Positions 9,828-19,084 of a DNA stretch of 20,929 nt are shown here, one piece after another. Position 1 is the first letter of the stretch; every line of letters starts with the position of its first letter. The notes below the pieces were generated by a model that saw nothing but the letters and a program-made list of their open reading frames with translations, was not told the DNA's origin and ran no database searches. This DNA comes from an uncultured Eubacteriales bacterium (GTDB taxonomy: Bacteria; Bacillota; Clostridia; TANB77; RGIG9151): NCBI GenBank assembly GCA_964640345.1, contig CAZXFU010000006.1:9645-30573 (forward strand), in the 5' to 3' direction. The position numbers were made by a program, and so were the translations under genes.

Positions 9828-12800
9828 TTATCTCTTTACAGTAACATTAACCTTAAATCCGTTAATATCAAGTTCCTTAGTAAAACCTTCGCTTTTTTCG
9901 TTTTTAATACTCTTACCAAGGACATCAGATGCAATAATTTTTTCGTTTTTCTTAATAACATCAACTAATTTATTATCAGCCTCGTAATAAACATCAATAT
10001 AATCTTGAACTTCAAAGCCTGCTTCTTTTCTCATATTCTGAATTTTGCTTACAAGTTCTCTTATATATCCTTCTTCAATAAGAAGTTCGGTAAGCTCTGT
10101 ATCTAAAACAACAGTAACATTACCTTCTTGAACAGTAACATATCTGTTGCCCTTTGCGGTCTCAATTAGCAAATCTTCTCTTACAAACGTTAAATTTTCT
10201 CCCAAAATATTAACAGCCACTTCGCCTTTTTCATTAAGTTCTTTAAGAATTTTTGAGCCGTCACACTTTGGTAGTTCTTCACGAATAGCACTAAGTAACT
10301 TACCATACTTAGGACCAACCGTCTTCAAATTAGGCTTAATACTGTAACTTACAAATCCATCAATATCATCTGTAAAAATGACTTCCTTAACATTAAGTTC
10401 GTTTTCAACAATTTTCTTATGCTCATCAGTTAAGTCTTTGTATGCCTTTACATATAACTTAGATAAAGGCTGACGATTCTTAATATTAGCACTGTTTCTT
10501 GCAGCACGTCCTTCCGTAACAATCCTCAAAATTAATTCCATGTTTTCTTCAAGTGCCTTGTCAATATGACTTTCGTCAAAAGTAGGGAAATCGCATAAAT
10601 GCACGCTCTCTTTTGCATCCTTAAAGAACGGTCTTTCAATATTTTGATAAATCTCCTCTGTCATATAAGGAATAAACGGAGCCATAGTCTTTACTAAAGT
10701 AGATAAAACAGTATATAACGTCATATATGCGTTAATCTTGTCCTGTTCCATTCCTTTAACCCAATATCTCTCACGATTGCATCTTACGTACCAGTTACTA
10801 AGCTCATCAACGAACTCTTGAGCACTACGTGCAGCTTCTGTAATTCTGTAGTTTGCAAGATTCTCATCAACAGTTTTAACAACCGTATTGAGTTTAGATA
10901 AAACCCATTTATCAAGCTCTGTCAGAGTCGAATAATCTAAGGTATACTTACTCGGGTCAAAATTATCTATATCCGCATAAAGTACATAAAACGCATAAGT
11001 ATTCCATAAAGTTCCCATAAACTTACGTTGTGACTCAGAAACAGCTTCTTCATAGAATCTATTTGGAAGCCAAGGAGCACTATTTGTATAGAAGAACCAT
11101 CGAACGGCATCAGCACCTTGCTTATCAAGGACACTCCAAACATCTACAACATTTCCCTTATGTTTGCTCATTTTCTGGCCGTCCTTGTCCTGAACAAGTC
11201 CTAAAACAATAACATTTTCAAACGGATTTGTATCAAACAATAGCGTTGAAATTGCAAGCAGTGTATAAAACCATCCTCTTGTCTGGTCAACAGCCTCGCT
11301 AATAAACTGTGCCGGAAAGTTTTCCTCAAATTTTTCTTTATTTTCAAAAGGATAATGCCATTGTGCAAAAGGCATAGAACCGGAATCAAACCAGCAATCT
11401 ATAACCTCCGGAACACGTTTCATTTCTTTTCCGCATTTTTCACATTTTATATGAAATTTATCAATGTAAGGTTTGTGAAGCTCCAAATCATCCGGAACAT
11501 TTTCAATAGCAAGCTCCTTCAACTCTTCACGACTACCGATTACATGATAATGCCCGCATTCGCACTCCCAAACAGGAAGCGGTGTTCCCCAATATCTTGA
11601 ACGGCTAAGTCCCCAGTCAATAACATTTTCAAGGAAATTGCCCATTCTTCCATCTTTTATGCTTTCGGGAAACCAATTAATTTTTTGATTGTTTTTAACA
11701 AGTTTATCCTTAACAGCAGTCATTTTTATAAACCATGTTTCTCTTGCATAATAGATAAGAGGCGTATCACATCTCCAGCAGAACGGGTATGAATGCTCAT
11801 AATCAGGTGCATCAACCAGTAGTCCTCTTTCCTCTAAATCTTTTAGCACAAGTTTATCAGCATCCTTTACAAAAGTTCCTGCCCATGCACCGGTTTCAGC
11901 AGTTAACTTGCCTTGCTCATCAACAAGTTGTAAAAACGGCAAATTGTTATCTCTTCCAACTCTTGCATCGTCTTCACCAAAAGCCGGGGCAATATGGACA
12001 ATACCTGTACCGTCAGTAAGTGTTACGTATCCGTCAGCCACAACATAATATGCCTTTTTACTTAACTTAGTAAAATTATATAAAGGCTCATACTCAAGTC
12101 CCTTTAATTCATTTCCGATATAACGTTCAACAACTTCACACTCTTTACCAAAAATAGAAGAAACCAATGCTTCCGCTAAAATTGCATATTCGCCTTCATG
12201 ACTATTACCACATTCGCATTTAGGATATTTAACTTTAACATAGTTTTCATCAGGGTTTACAGCTAAAGCAACGTTAGAAGGTAACGTCCATGGAGTAGTT
12301 GTCCATGCCATAATATACGTATTTTCTTGACTTGGAACTCTAAACCTTACAACAGCAGACTTTTCTTTTACATCCTTATAACCTTGAGCAACTTCATGGC
12401 TAGACAAAGAAGTTCCGCATCTTGGACAATAAGGCACAATTTTATGACCTTTATATAATAATCCCTTATTTTGAATTTGTTTAAGAGCCCACCATTCAGA
12501 CTCAATATAATCATCATGATAAGTAACATACGGATTTTCCATATCTGCCCAGTATCCAACTCTGTCACTCATCTTTTCCCATTCACCTTCATATTTCCAA
12601 ACGCTTTCTTTACATTTTTTAATAAAAGGCTCTATACCATATTTTTCAATCTGAGGTTTTCCATCTAATCCTAAAGATTTTTCAACTTCAAGCTCAACAG
12701 GAAGACCGTGAGTATCCCAACCGGCTTTTCTTAATACCCTATAACCTTTCATAGTTCTATAACGTGGAATCAAATCCTTAATAGAACGTGTCAAAACATG

Positions 12801-12971
12801 ACCTATATGAGGTTTACCGTTTGCTGTCGGTGGTCCGTCAAAAAAGGTATAATTTTGTGCACCCTCTCTGTTTTCGATACTCTTTTTAAAAATATCATTT
12901 TCTTTCCAAAATTTTTCTGTTTCAAGCTCATTTTCAACAAAATTCAAGCTTGTGCTAACTTTTTTATACAT
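9828..12971 (-). CDS. ileS: Isoleucyl-tRNA synthetase (type-2-like)
   Basis: 1047 aa with HIGH motif PPTANGKPHIGH, KMSKS motif KMSKHKGN, and Zn-knuckle-like CPRCGT / CWRCDT. It is preceded by a T-box leader with an AUC specifier. AAGGAGG SD lies upstream of ATG 12971. Confidence 0.97.
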   Translation of the reverse strand: MYKKVSTSLNFVENELETEKFWKENDIFKKSIENREGAQNYTFFDGPPTANGKPHIGHVLTRSIKDLIPRYRTMKGYRVLRKAGWDTHGLPVELEVEKSLGLDGKPQIEKYGIEPFIKKCKESVWKYEGEWEKMSDRVGYWADMENPYVTYHDDYIESEWWALKQIQNKGLLYKGHKIVPYCPRCGTSLSSHEVAQGYKDVKEKSAVVRFRVPSQENTYIMAWTTTPWTLPSNVALAVNPDENYVKVKYPKCECGNSHEGEYAILAEALVSSIFGKECEVVERYIGNELKGLEYEPLYNFTKLSKKAYYVVADGYVTLTDGTGIVHIAPAFGEDDARVGRDNNLPFLQLVDEQGKLTAETGAWAGTFVKDADKLVLKDLEERGLLVDAPDYEHSYPFCWRCDTPLIYYARETWFIKMTAVKDKLVKNNQKINWFPESIKDGRMGNFLENVIDWGLSRSRYWGTPLPVWECECGHYHVIGSREELKELAIENVPDDLELHKPYIDKFHIKCEKCGKEMKRVPEVIDCWFDSGSMPFAQWHYPFENKEKFEENFPAQFISEAVDQTRGWFYTLLAISTLLFDTNPFENVIVLGLVQDKDGQKMSKHKGNVVDVWSVLDKQGADAVRWFFYTNSAPWLPNRFYEEAVSESQRKFMGTLWNTYAFYVLYADIDNFDPSKYTLDYSTLTELDKWVLSKLNTVVKTVDENLANYRITEAARSAQEFVDELSNWYVRCNRERYWVKGMEQDKINAYMTLYTVLSTLVKTMAPFIPYMTEEIYQNIERPFFKDAKESVHLCDFPTFDESHIDKALEENMELILRIVTEGRAARNSANIKNRQPLSKLYVKAYKDLTDEHKKIVENELNVKEVIFTDDIDGFVSYSIKPNLKTVGPKYGKLLSAIREELPKCDGSKILKELNEKGEVAVNILGENLTFVREDLLIETAKGNRYVTVQEGNVTVVLDTELTELLIEEGYIRELVSKIQNMRKEAGFEVQDYIDVYYEADNKLVDVIKKNEKIIASDVLGKSIKNEKSEGFTKELDINGFKVNVTVKR

Positions 12972-13004
12972 CTCTCTTCCTCCTTACGTGTATATAACAA
13001 GAAC

Positions 13005-13225
13005 AAAAAAATTCGTCTCATATCGAGACGAACCAAAATTCGTTAACCACTCGCTACATACTTATATATGGCGTTCATATAACGGTGAACTTCCGCCAAA
13101 AGCTACTTAATTTCACTTAGGAACTCCGGAATGATTTTCGACTTTTTCTTCTGTGCTAGGCTCTCACCACCCCCCAACTCGCTATAACATCAAAAAAGCT
13201 TACTGTTTCCATCAAAGTTTTTAAT
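13005..13225 (-). promoter_or_regulatory. T-box riboswitch leader (Ile, AUC specifier) with terminator/antiterminator
   Basis: Minus-strand reading shows these elements:
- AGCGAG ... GGTGAGAG, a stem I AG-bay/distal-loop-like pair;
- GAAA-ATC-A specifier context (ATC at 13135..13133);
- CCGTTA, F-box-like;
- an antiterminator, GCGAG (13054..13050), then a bulge containing UGGU (13049..13046), then ACGAA/TTCGT helix, then CTCG;
- a competing terminator, TTCGTCTC (13032..13025) / GAGACGAA (13019..13012), followed by TTTTTTT (13011..13005). Confidence 0.85.
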
Positions 13226-13231
13226 GATATT

Positions 13232-13260
13232 AATATATACCATTTTCAAAAAATAATCAA
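13232..13260 (-). promoter_or_regulatory. Candidate sigma-A promoter for the ileS T-box leader (TTGATT-N17-TATATT)
   Basis: On the minus strand, TTGATT (13260..13255), a 17-nt spacer and TATATT (13237..13232) lie about 30 nt upstream of the first conserved T-box element. Confidence 0.5.
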
Positions 13261-13382
13261 TTAATTTTTTTATATTTTTTCATATATACTTCACAATATT
13301 ATCACAATAATAATATATATTAAAAGCATAGGGAATCCATCCCCTTAAAGATGCATGTAAAGCATCAAAACATTTCTGCAGT

Positions 13383-13434
13383 AAAACAAGCTATGTTTAT
13401 ATATACCTCCATATATATAAATATAGCTTGTTTT
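13383..13434 (-). terminator. Long AT-rich hairpin (23-bp stem), probable clpB terminator/insulator
   Basis: 13383-13405 pairs with 13412-13434 (22 Watson-Crick pairs plus one G:T on the plus strand, which is C/A on the minus strand). The loop is cctcca. The hairpin lies 110 nt downstream of the clpB stop, and on the minus strand only TTTT follows it. Confidence 0.45.
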
Positions 13435-13543
13435 CTTTTATAAGCAGTTACGTCATAACCATTTTTAGACTAATCTCTCGCCACTGTTAATTAAATATAA
13501 CACCAACCTTATGACCGTTTTTCTAAACTTCCCCTTAGGTAAT

Positions 13544-16153
13544 TTACTCTTTAACGTTTATATAAAGTCCTTTATCAGAAGTATAATCCACAACTAAAGT
13601 ATTATCGTTCTCAATATTACCTTCAATAATCTTTATTGCAACCAAAGTTTCAACTTTTTGTTGAATAAATCTCTTAAGCGGTCTTGCACCGTAAATTGCA
13701 TCATATGCAGATTCAATTATATAATCCTTTGCAGAATCTGTAACTTCAAGTTTTAATTGTTTATCTTCTAGTCTCTTACCCAAATTCTTAATCATAAGAT
13801 CAACAATTTTCTTAATCTCATCCTTAACCAAAGGTTTGTAGAACACAATTTCATCAAGCCTATTTAAGAATTCAGGTTTAAATGAAACTTTAAGTAACTT
13901 ATTGACTTCATCTCTTGCTTCTTCACTAATTTCGCCATTTTCACTAATACCGTCAAGAATATATTGAGAGCCAAGATTTGAAGTAAGAATTATAATTGTA
14001 TTCTTAAAATCAACCGTTCTTCCTTGTGAATCGGTAACTCTCCCATCATCTAGCACTTGTAAAAGGACATTAAACACATCAGGATGAGCCTTTTCAACCT
14101 CATCAAACAATACTACTGAATATGGTTTTCTCCTTACCGCTTCTGTAAGTTGACCGCCTTCATCATATCCGACATATCCCGGAGGTGCCCCAATCAAACG
14201 AGATACAGAATGTTTCTCCATATATTCAGTCATATCTATTCTTATAATGTTCTTCTCATCATCAAATAAAGCCTCAGCCAAGGCCTTAGCAAGCTCTGTT
14301 TTACCAACACCGGTAGGACCTAAGAATAAAAACGAACCAATCGGACGATTAGGATCCTGAATCCCGGCACGCGAACGTAAAATTGCTTCGCTAACCTTCT
14401 TTACAGCTTCATCTTGTCCAACAACTCTCTTGTGTAAAATCTTTTCAAGTCCAAGTATTTTCTCCTTCTCACCTTCCATAAGCTTTGCAACAGGAATACC
14501 GGTCCATCTTGCAACCACTCTGGCAATTTCTTCGTCAGTGACCTTGTCTCTTAAGAGAGTTGAACCATTCTCAGCCTCTTCTGCAAGTTTCTCTTGTTCA
14601 GCCAATTGCTTTTGAAGATTTGGCAACGTACTATATTTAAGTTCTGCGGCCTTATTAAGATCGTACTTTCTCTCTGCCATCTCAATCTCAGCATTAACTC
14701 TCTCGACATCCTCACGGAGCTTTTGTACCTTACCTATAGAATTCTTTTCATTCTCCCACTTAGCTTTCATTTGGTTAAACTTCTCACGCATCTCAGACAA
14801 TTCTTTTTGAATCTCTTCTAAATGCTCTTTAGACAATTTATCGGTCTCTTTCTTTAATGCAGCCTCTTCAATTTCGTGTTGCATAATCTTTCTCGAAATC
14901 TCATCAAGTTCTGTTGGCATAGAATCCATCTCAGTACGAATCATTGCACAAGCTTCATCAACCAAGTCTATCGCTTTATCCGGTAAAAATCTATCAGCAA
15001 TATACCTATTAGACAAAACAGCTGCAGTAATTAAAGCACTGTCATGAATTTTTACCCCATGAAATACCTCATATCTCTCTTTAATACCTCTTAAAATAGA
15101 AATAGTATCTTCAACTGAAGGCTCATCTACCATAACGGGTTGGAATCTTCTCTCTAGTGCAGGGTCTTTTTCTATATACTTTCTGTACTCATTTAATGTA
15201 GTTGCACCAATACAATGTAACTCGCCACGTGCAAGCATAGGTTTTAATAAGTTACCTGCATCCATTGCACCTTCTGTCTTACCGGCACCAACTATAGTAT
15301 GAAGTTCATCAATAAATAGAATTATTTCGCCTTCACTCTTCTTTATTTCTTGAAGAACAGCCTTTAACCTTTCTTCAAACTCACCTCTGTATTTTGCACC
15401 GGCAACCAAAGCTCCCATATCAAGAGAAAAAATCTTACGATTTTTAAGATTTTCCGGAACATCTCCTCTTACTATTCTTAACGCAAGTCCTTCAGCAATA
15501 GCGGTCTTACCAACACCGGGCTCCCCAATCAAAACAGGGTTATTCTTCGTCTTTCTTGACAAAATCCTTATAACATTACGGATCTCTTCATCACGTCCAA
15601 TAACCGGGTCAAGCTTTTGCTTTCTTGCAAGTTCGACAAGTTCTGAACCGTATTTTTGAAGAACATTATAAGTGTCTTCCGGTGTATCACTTGTAACTCT
15701 AGTATTACCTCTTACACTCATTAGTACCTTTAAGAAATCATTTTTGTTAATACTAAAAGTCCTAAAAAGCTCTTTTAAATGTGTGTTTGGCATATCAAGA
15801 AGACCAAGCATAATATGTTCAACAGAAACATATTCATCTTTCATCTTCTCTGCAGTCTTTTCAGCAGAAACTAAAGCTCTATCCGCATCATTTGAAACAT
15901 AAACCTTATCAGGCTCACGACCAGGTCCACTAACTCCAGGCATCTCTTCTACTAACCTTTTTGCAGCCTTAGAAAAGGTCGAAAAATCAACCCCCATCTT
16001 TTTAATAAGTTCAGGAATTAAACCATCTTCTTGCTCTATCAAAGCACACAGCAAATGCTCTTCGTCTATCTGAATATTTTCATGCTCTATAGCAAGACTC
16101 TGAGCTTCCTTTATAACTTCAATAGACTTTTGCGTAAATTTTTGTTCATTCAT
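13544..16153 (-). CDS. clpB: ClpB disaggregase (AAA+ chaperone)
   Basis: 869 aa with two Walker A sites ([15 protein letters not shown]; [15 protein letters not shown]). A long coiled-coil middle domain lies between the two NBDs. The ClpB-type N-domain begins [16 protein letters not shown]...[19 protein letters not shown]. Confidence 0.96.
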   Translation of the reverse strand: MNEQKFTQKSIEVIKEAQSLAIEHENIQIDEEHLLCALIEQEDGLIPELIKKMGVDFSTFSKAAKRLVEEMPGVSGPGREPDKVYVSNDADRALVSAEKTAEKMKDEYVSVEHIMLGLLDMPNTHLKELFRTFSINKNDFLKVLMSVRGNTRVTSDTPEDTYNVLQKYGSELVELARKQKLDPVIGRDEEIRNVIRILSRKTKNNPVLIGEPGVGKTAIAEGLALRIVRGDVPENLKNRKIFSLDMGALVAGAKYRGEFEERLKAVLQEIKKSEGEIILFIDELHTIVGAGKTEGAMDAGNLLKPMLARGELHCIGATTLNEYRKYIEKDPALERRFQPVMVDEPSVEDTISILRGIKERYEVFHGVKIHDSALITAAVLSNRYIADRFLPDKAIDLVDEACAMIRTEMDSMPTELDEISRKIMQHEIEEAALKKETDKLSKEHLEEIQKELSEMREKFNQMKAKWENEKNSIGKVQKLREDVERVNAEIEMAERKYDLNKAAELKYSTLPNLQKQLAEQEKLAEEAENGSTLLRDKVTDEEIARVVARWTGIPVAKLMEGEKEKILGLEKILHKRVVGQDEAVKKVSEAILRSRAGIQDPNRPIGSFLFLGPTGVGKTELAKALAEALFDDEKNIIRIDMTEYMEKHSVSRLIGAPPGYVGYDEGGQLTEAVRRKPYSVVLFDEVEKAHPDVFNVLLQVLDDGRVTDSQGRTVDFKNTIIILTSNLGSQYILDGISENGEISEEARDEVNKLLKVSFKPEFLNRLDEIVFYKPLVKDEIKKIVDLMIKNLGKRLEDKQLKLEVTDSAKDYIIESAYDAIYGARPLKRFIQQKVETLVAIKIIEGNIENDNTLVVDYTSDKGLYINVKE

Positions 16154-16191
16154 AAAACATCACCCTTCTTTTTTTACTAAAAAGGTCAAAA

Positions 16192-16860
16192 CTATATAAT
16201 AATTGCCTCATTATTCAAATACTCAACATACGCCTTCTCCATCTCACTCTTTGCGAGGTTTAGGTCATCTATATTTTTAAAATACAGTTTAATAATTTTA
16301 TCTAATGACTCAACATACCTTGTGATAGCCTTTCCAATATGCTCATTCGTTCTATTTTTCTCTTCCTTAGGAACAATAAACTTTCTAATAAGCTTACCAC
16401 CCTTTATCTGTAAAATAACCTGTTTTTCAGGAAAATACTCCTCAATATACTTCTTTTCCATCTTAGCCCATATCATAAAGAACGTCGTTATATCACTTAT
16501 TAAATGCTGATTTTGAGTCCTAAAAGAAACCTTAAGTTCTCCAACAGTATCCTCGCGTTCCTTATATAACTCAATAGCATAACGAATAGTGGGATTATAC
16601 TTATATTTTAATGCACTATGAACCGCCATAGTAGCATCAGACTGTTGAGCCTTAATCTTTAGTTCATCAGTTCCCTTAAAACTATCTTCAACAATCTCAA
16701 AAATCTCTTTTAGCTTCTGCTCTGGAGTAGAAACTGAGAAATGCTCTGCTATTATTCTATTTATCAAATTAGAACGATTAGTATTTAAAGCATACGCTTC
16801 CCTATCAATCTTCTCTACCAAATCATCAATAAGTACTAAACTATATACACTTTTACTCAT
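16192..16860 (-). CDS. Ribbon-helix-helix (CopG/Arc-like) N-terminal domain protein with an uncharacterised ~170-aa C-terminal domain
   Basis: The N-terminus SVYSLVLIDDLVEKIDREAYALNTNRSNLINRIIAEHF fits a beta-strand/helix/helix RHH pattern. ATG at 16860 is preceded by GAGGTGAAGG, whereas the track start is a GTG at 16869. The stop lies 38 nt upstream of the clpB start with no terminator between them. Confidence 0.7.
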   Translation of the reverse strand: MSKSVYSLVLIDDLVEKIDREAYALNTNRSNLINRIIAEHFSVSTPEQKLKEIFEIVEDSFKGTDELKIKAQQSDATMAVHSALKYKYNPTIRYAIELYKEREDTVGELKVSFRTQNQHLISDITTFFMIWAKMEKKYIEEYFPEKQVILQIKGGKLIRKFIVPKEEKNRTNEHIGKAITRYVESLDKIIKLYFKNIDDLNLAKSEMEKAYVEYLNNEAIII

Positions 16861-16949
16861 TACCTTCACCTCATATTATATTTTATCGCAAGTTATTAAT
16901 TTGTCAATAGATTTATATAATTATTTTTACATTTTTAAATAAAATAAAA

Positions 16950-16976
16950 GTTGCTAATAAATCTCTTATAAGCAAC
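16950..16976 (-). terminator. Candidate terminator downstream of ffh
   Basis: gttgctaataa (16950-16960) pairs with ttataagcaac (16966-16976), 11 bp with one mismatch, and the loop is atctc. T-rich sequence follows on the minus strand (plus-strand aaaataaaa at 16941-16949). Confidence 0.55.
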
Positions 16977-16993
16977 CTTTATTTTATTTGTAT

Positions 16994-18301
16994 TTAAAAT
17001 TTAAACCTCTTATTATTTTTGAACTGTTTCATCATCTTCCTCATTTCCTCAAACTGCTTAAGAAGCCTGTTAACATCTTGAACCTGCATACCACATCCTA
17101 AAGCAATCCTCTTTTTCCTGCTTGCATTTATAATCTCAGGCTTTCTCCTCTCTTGAGGAGTCATAGATAGCACTATAGCCTCAACACGGGCCACTTGTTT
17201 ATCATCTATTTCAATATTCTTAAGCTGTGCCCCAACCCCCGGTATCATACCAAGTAATTGACTAATCGGCCCCATCTTCTTTATCTGACGCATCTGAGCT
17301 AAAAAATCTTCTAACGAAAAAGTAGCATCTCTAAGCTTTTTCTCCAAAGCAATGGCTTCTTCCTCTTCAAAACTCTCTTGAGCCTTTTCGATTAAAGAAA
17401 GTACATCTCCCATTCCTAAAATACGCGACGCCATTCTATCCGGGTAAAACGGTTCTAAATCACTTAATTTCTCCCCAACGCTTGCAAACTTTATAGGCTT
17501 TCCGGTAACAGCCTTTGCTGAAAGAGCCGCACCGCCTCTTGTATCGCCATCGAGTTTACTCATAACAATACCGTCAATTTCAAGCTTCTCATTAAACGAT
17601 GTTGCCACATTTAACGCATCTTGACCAGTCATAGCATCGATTACCAGTAAAACCTCCGTAGGATTTATAGCTTTTTTGAGTTCAATAAGTTCATTCATAA
17701 GTTCTTCATCAATATGTAAACGTCCGGCAGTATCCACAATAACAACATTATTCCCCTTTTGTTTTGCTTCTTTTATACCTTCCGTTGCAATTTTCGCAAC
17801 ATTCTTCTCACTTCTTATGGAAAAAACCGGAATATCTAGCTGTTTTCCCAAAACCTCTAACTGGTCTATAGCCGCAGGACGATAAACATCACAGGCAATA
17901 AGCATAGGCTTTTTCCCATTTTTTCTCACAAAATTTGCAATCTTAGCACTCGCAGTAGTCTTACCCGAGCCTTGTAAGCCCGCCATTAAGATAACTGTAA
18001 TCCCATTTGAATTAAAATTAAGTTTGCTCGGTTCTCTGCCAAGTAAATCAATAAGTTCCTCATTAACTATCTTTACAATCTGCTGTCCAGGCGTAAGACT
18101 CTTTAAAACATCTTGCCCCATAGCTTTTTCAGAAATCTTTGAAATAAAGTCTTTTACAACCTTGAAATTAACGTCAGCTTCAAGTAAAGCCAACTTTAAT
18201 TCACGTGAAATAGCCTTAATATCTTCCTCTGTAATACGTGACTTCCCACGTATTTTTTTCATAATTCCCTGTATTTTTTCTGAAAACCCTTCAAAAACCA
18301 T
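16994..18301 (-). CDS. ffh: Signal recognition particle protein Ffh
   Basis: 435 aa with an N domain (MVFEGFSEKIQGIMKKIRGK), a G domain (GLQGSGKTT, DTAGR, KLDGD) and a Met-rich M domain (GMIPG..., MTPQERRKPEIIN). Confidence 0.97.
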   Translation of the reverse strand: MVFEGFSEKIQGIMKKIRGKSRITEEDIKAISRELKLALLEADVNFKVVKDFISKISEKAMGQDVLKSLTPGQQIVKIVNEELIDLLGREPSKLNFNSNGITVILMAGLQGSGKTTASAKIANFVRKNGKKPMLIACDVYRPAAIDQLEVLGKQLDIPVFSIRSEKNVAKIATEGIKEAKQKGNNVVIVDTAGRLHIDEELMNELIELKKAINPTEVLLVIDAMTGQDALNVATSFNEKLEIDGIVMSKLDGDTRGGAALSAKAVTGKPIKFASVGEKLSDLEPFYPDRMASRILGMGDVLSLIEKAQESFEEEEAIALEKKLRDATFSLEDFLAQMRQIKKMGPISQLLGMIPGVGAQLKNIEIDDKQVARVEAIVLSMTPQERRKPEIINASRKKRIALGCGMQVQDVNRLLKQFEEMRKMMKQFKNNKRFKF

Positions 18302-18637
18302 TTATACTTCCTCCAAATATGTAATCTTCTTATTATTTTTCTTTGCATACTCTATTTCAGACCTAGTACTACTTCCAATATATCCACCAACATTTATAAC
18401 ATGGATAGAATCCGCCATATCGATTTTCCTTTTATGCATGTCATCTAACATTTCCTTAGTTTTTGTCAAAGTATCCTCCGACATGTTCTCCCAAACCTCG
18501 TTATCTCCGCTATGACCAAATAGTCCAACAGAAATAACAATCTTTCCGGCTAATGTCAAACGCTTTTGTTCTCTTAAAAACTCATCTTTAAACTTCGTAC
18601 TGCCGCATAAAGTAACTACCTCATAATTTCCAACCAT
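18302..18637 (-). CDS. Hypothetical 111-aa protein; possible nucleoside 2-deoxyribosyltransferase-like/SLOG-like Rossmannoid fold (unverified)
   Basis: Clean ORF with a GAAAGGGGA SD inside the end of ylxM. The ATG lies 2 nt after the ylxM stop, and its own TAA is immediately followed by the ffh ATG (TAAATG). Motifs VVTLCGSTKF near the N-terminus and VGGYIGSSTRSEIEYA near the C-terminus resemble the phosphate-loop and catalytic-Glu positions of that superfamily, judged from memory only. Confidence 0.7.
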   Translation of the reverse strand: MVGNYEVVTLCGSTKFKDEFLREQKRLTLAGKIVISVGLFGHSGDNEVWENMSEDTLTKTKEMLDDMHKRKIDMADSIHVINVGGYIGSSTRSEIEYAKKNNKKITYLEEV

Positions 18638-18639
18638 GG

Positions 18640-18897
18640 CTATTCCCCTTTCTTTTCATTAGCAAGGTACTGTTTTAAAAGTTGAAGTTTTTCTTCAGTC
18701 TCATACAAAATTTTTTCCGAACGCTTTATGCTATCCGAAACACCTTGTTTACTTATACTAAGTTCACAAGCTACCTCAGCCAAAGACAAATTATCTTCAT
18801 AATATAATGTCATAATCTCTTTTTGTCTGTCTGTCAGTAAATTTCCGTAAAAATCAAGAAGCAAACAAATCTCAACATTCTTGTCCAATTTATTCAT
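18640..18897 (-). CDS. ylxM: YlxM/UPF0122 family putative HTH protein (SRP operon partner)
   Basis: 85 aa. LLDFYGNLLTDRQKEIMTLYYEDNLSLAEVACELSISKQGVSDSIKR is the characteristic sigma-70-region-4-like HTH of YlxM, and the gene lies upstream of ffh. Confidence 0.9.
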   Translation of the reverse strand: MNKLDKNVEICLLLDFYGNLLTDRQKEIMTLYYEDNLSLAEVACELSISKQGVSDSIKRSEKILYETEEKLQLLKQYLANEKKGE

Positions 18898-18924
18898 TCC
18901 CTTCTTTGGTTAATCGCCAAATGT

Positions 18925-18953
18925 AGTTTATAATATATGAACATCATTGTCAA
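18925..18953 (-). promoter_or_regulatory. Candidate sigma-A promoter for ylxM-orf111-ffh (TTGACA-N17-TAAACT)
   Basis: On the minus strand, TTGACA (18953..18948), a 17-nt spacer and TAAACT (18930..18925) lie about 30 nt upstream of the ylxM start. Confidence 0.4.
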
Positions 18954-18987
18954 ATTAAAATTTTATCTCCTCATCCTATTAAATTCA

Positions 18988-19018
18988 GAAAAAACAAAAA
19001 CGAGGTAGTTAAGCCTCA
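18988..19018 (-). terminator. Weak candidate terminator downstream of the FeoA-domain gene
   Basis: On the minus strand, GAGG-cttaacta-CCTC (19017..19002) is followed by GTTTTTGTTTTTTC. The stem is only 4 bp, so this is tentative. Confidence 0.3.
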
Positions 19019-19084
19019 TTTTTATCTGTCAAAAATCACTTGAATTATCATATAAATTTACTTCATATCTTGTTTTTGATACTT

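Noticed and set aside
11201-11389. Minus-strand alternate-frame ORFs inside ileS (11201..11389, 12368..12568)
   Set aside because: They are embedded out of frame within the continuous, motif-rich 1047-aa IleRS reading frame. They have no SD and no recognisable sequence features.
16184-16190. GGTCAAA heptad (CtsR half-site) between the RHH gene and clpB
   Set aside because: The CtsR operator is a tandem heptad repeat (A/GGTCAAA-NAN-A/GGTCAAA). The adjacent heptad matches only 3/7 positions, and no second copy exists nearby. No CIRCE element was seen in 16154-16993 either.
18024-18515. 163-aa plus-strand ORF spanning the ffh / orf111 junction
   Set aside because: It is antisense to two well-supported genes. 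The translation is dominated by S/F/I/L with no recognisable motif and no SD, so the long open frame is best explained as a codon-bias shadow.
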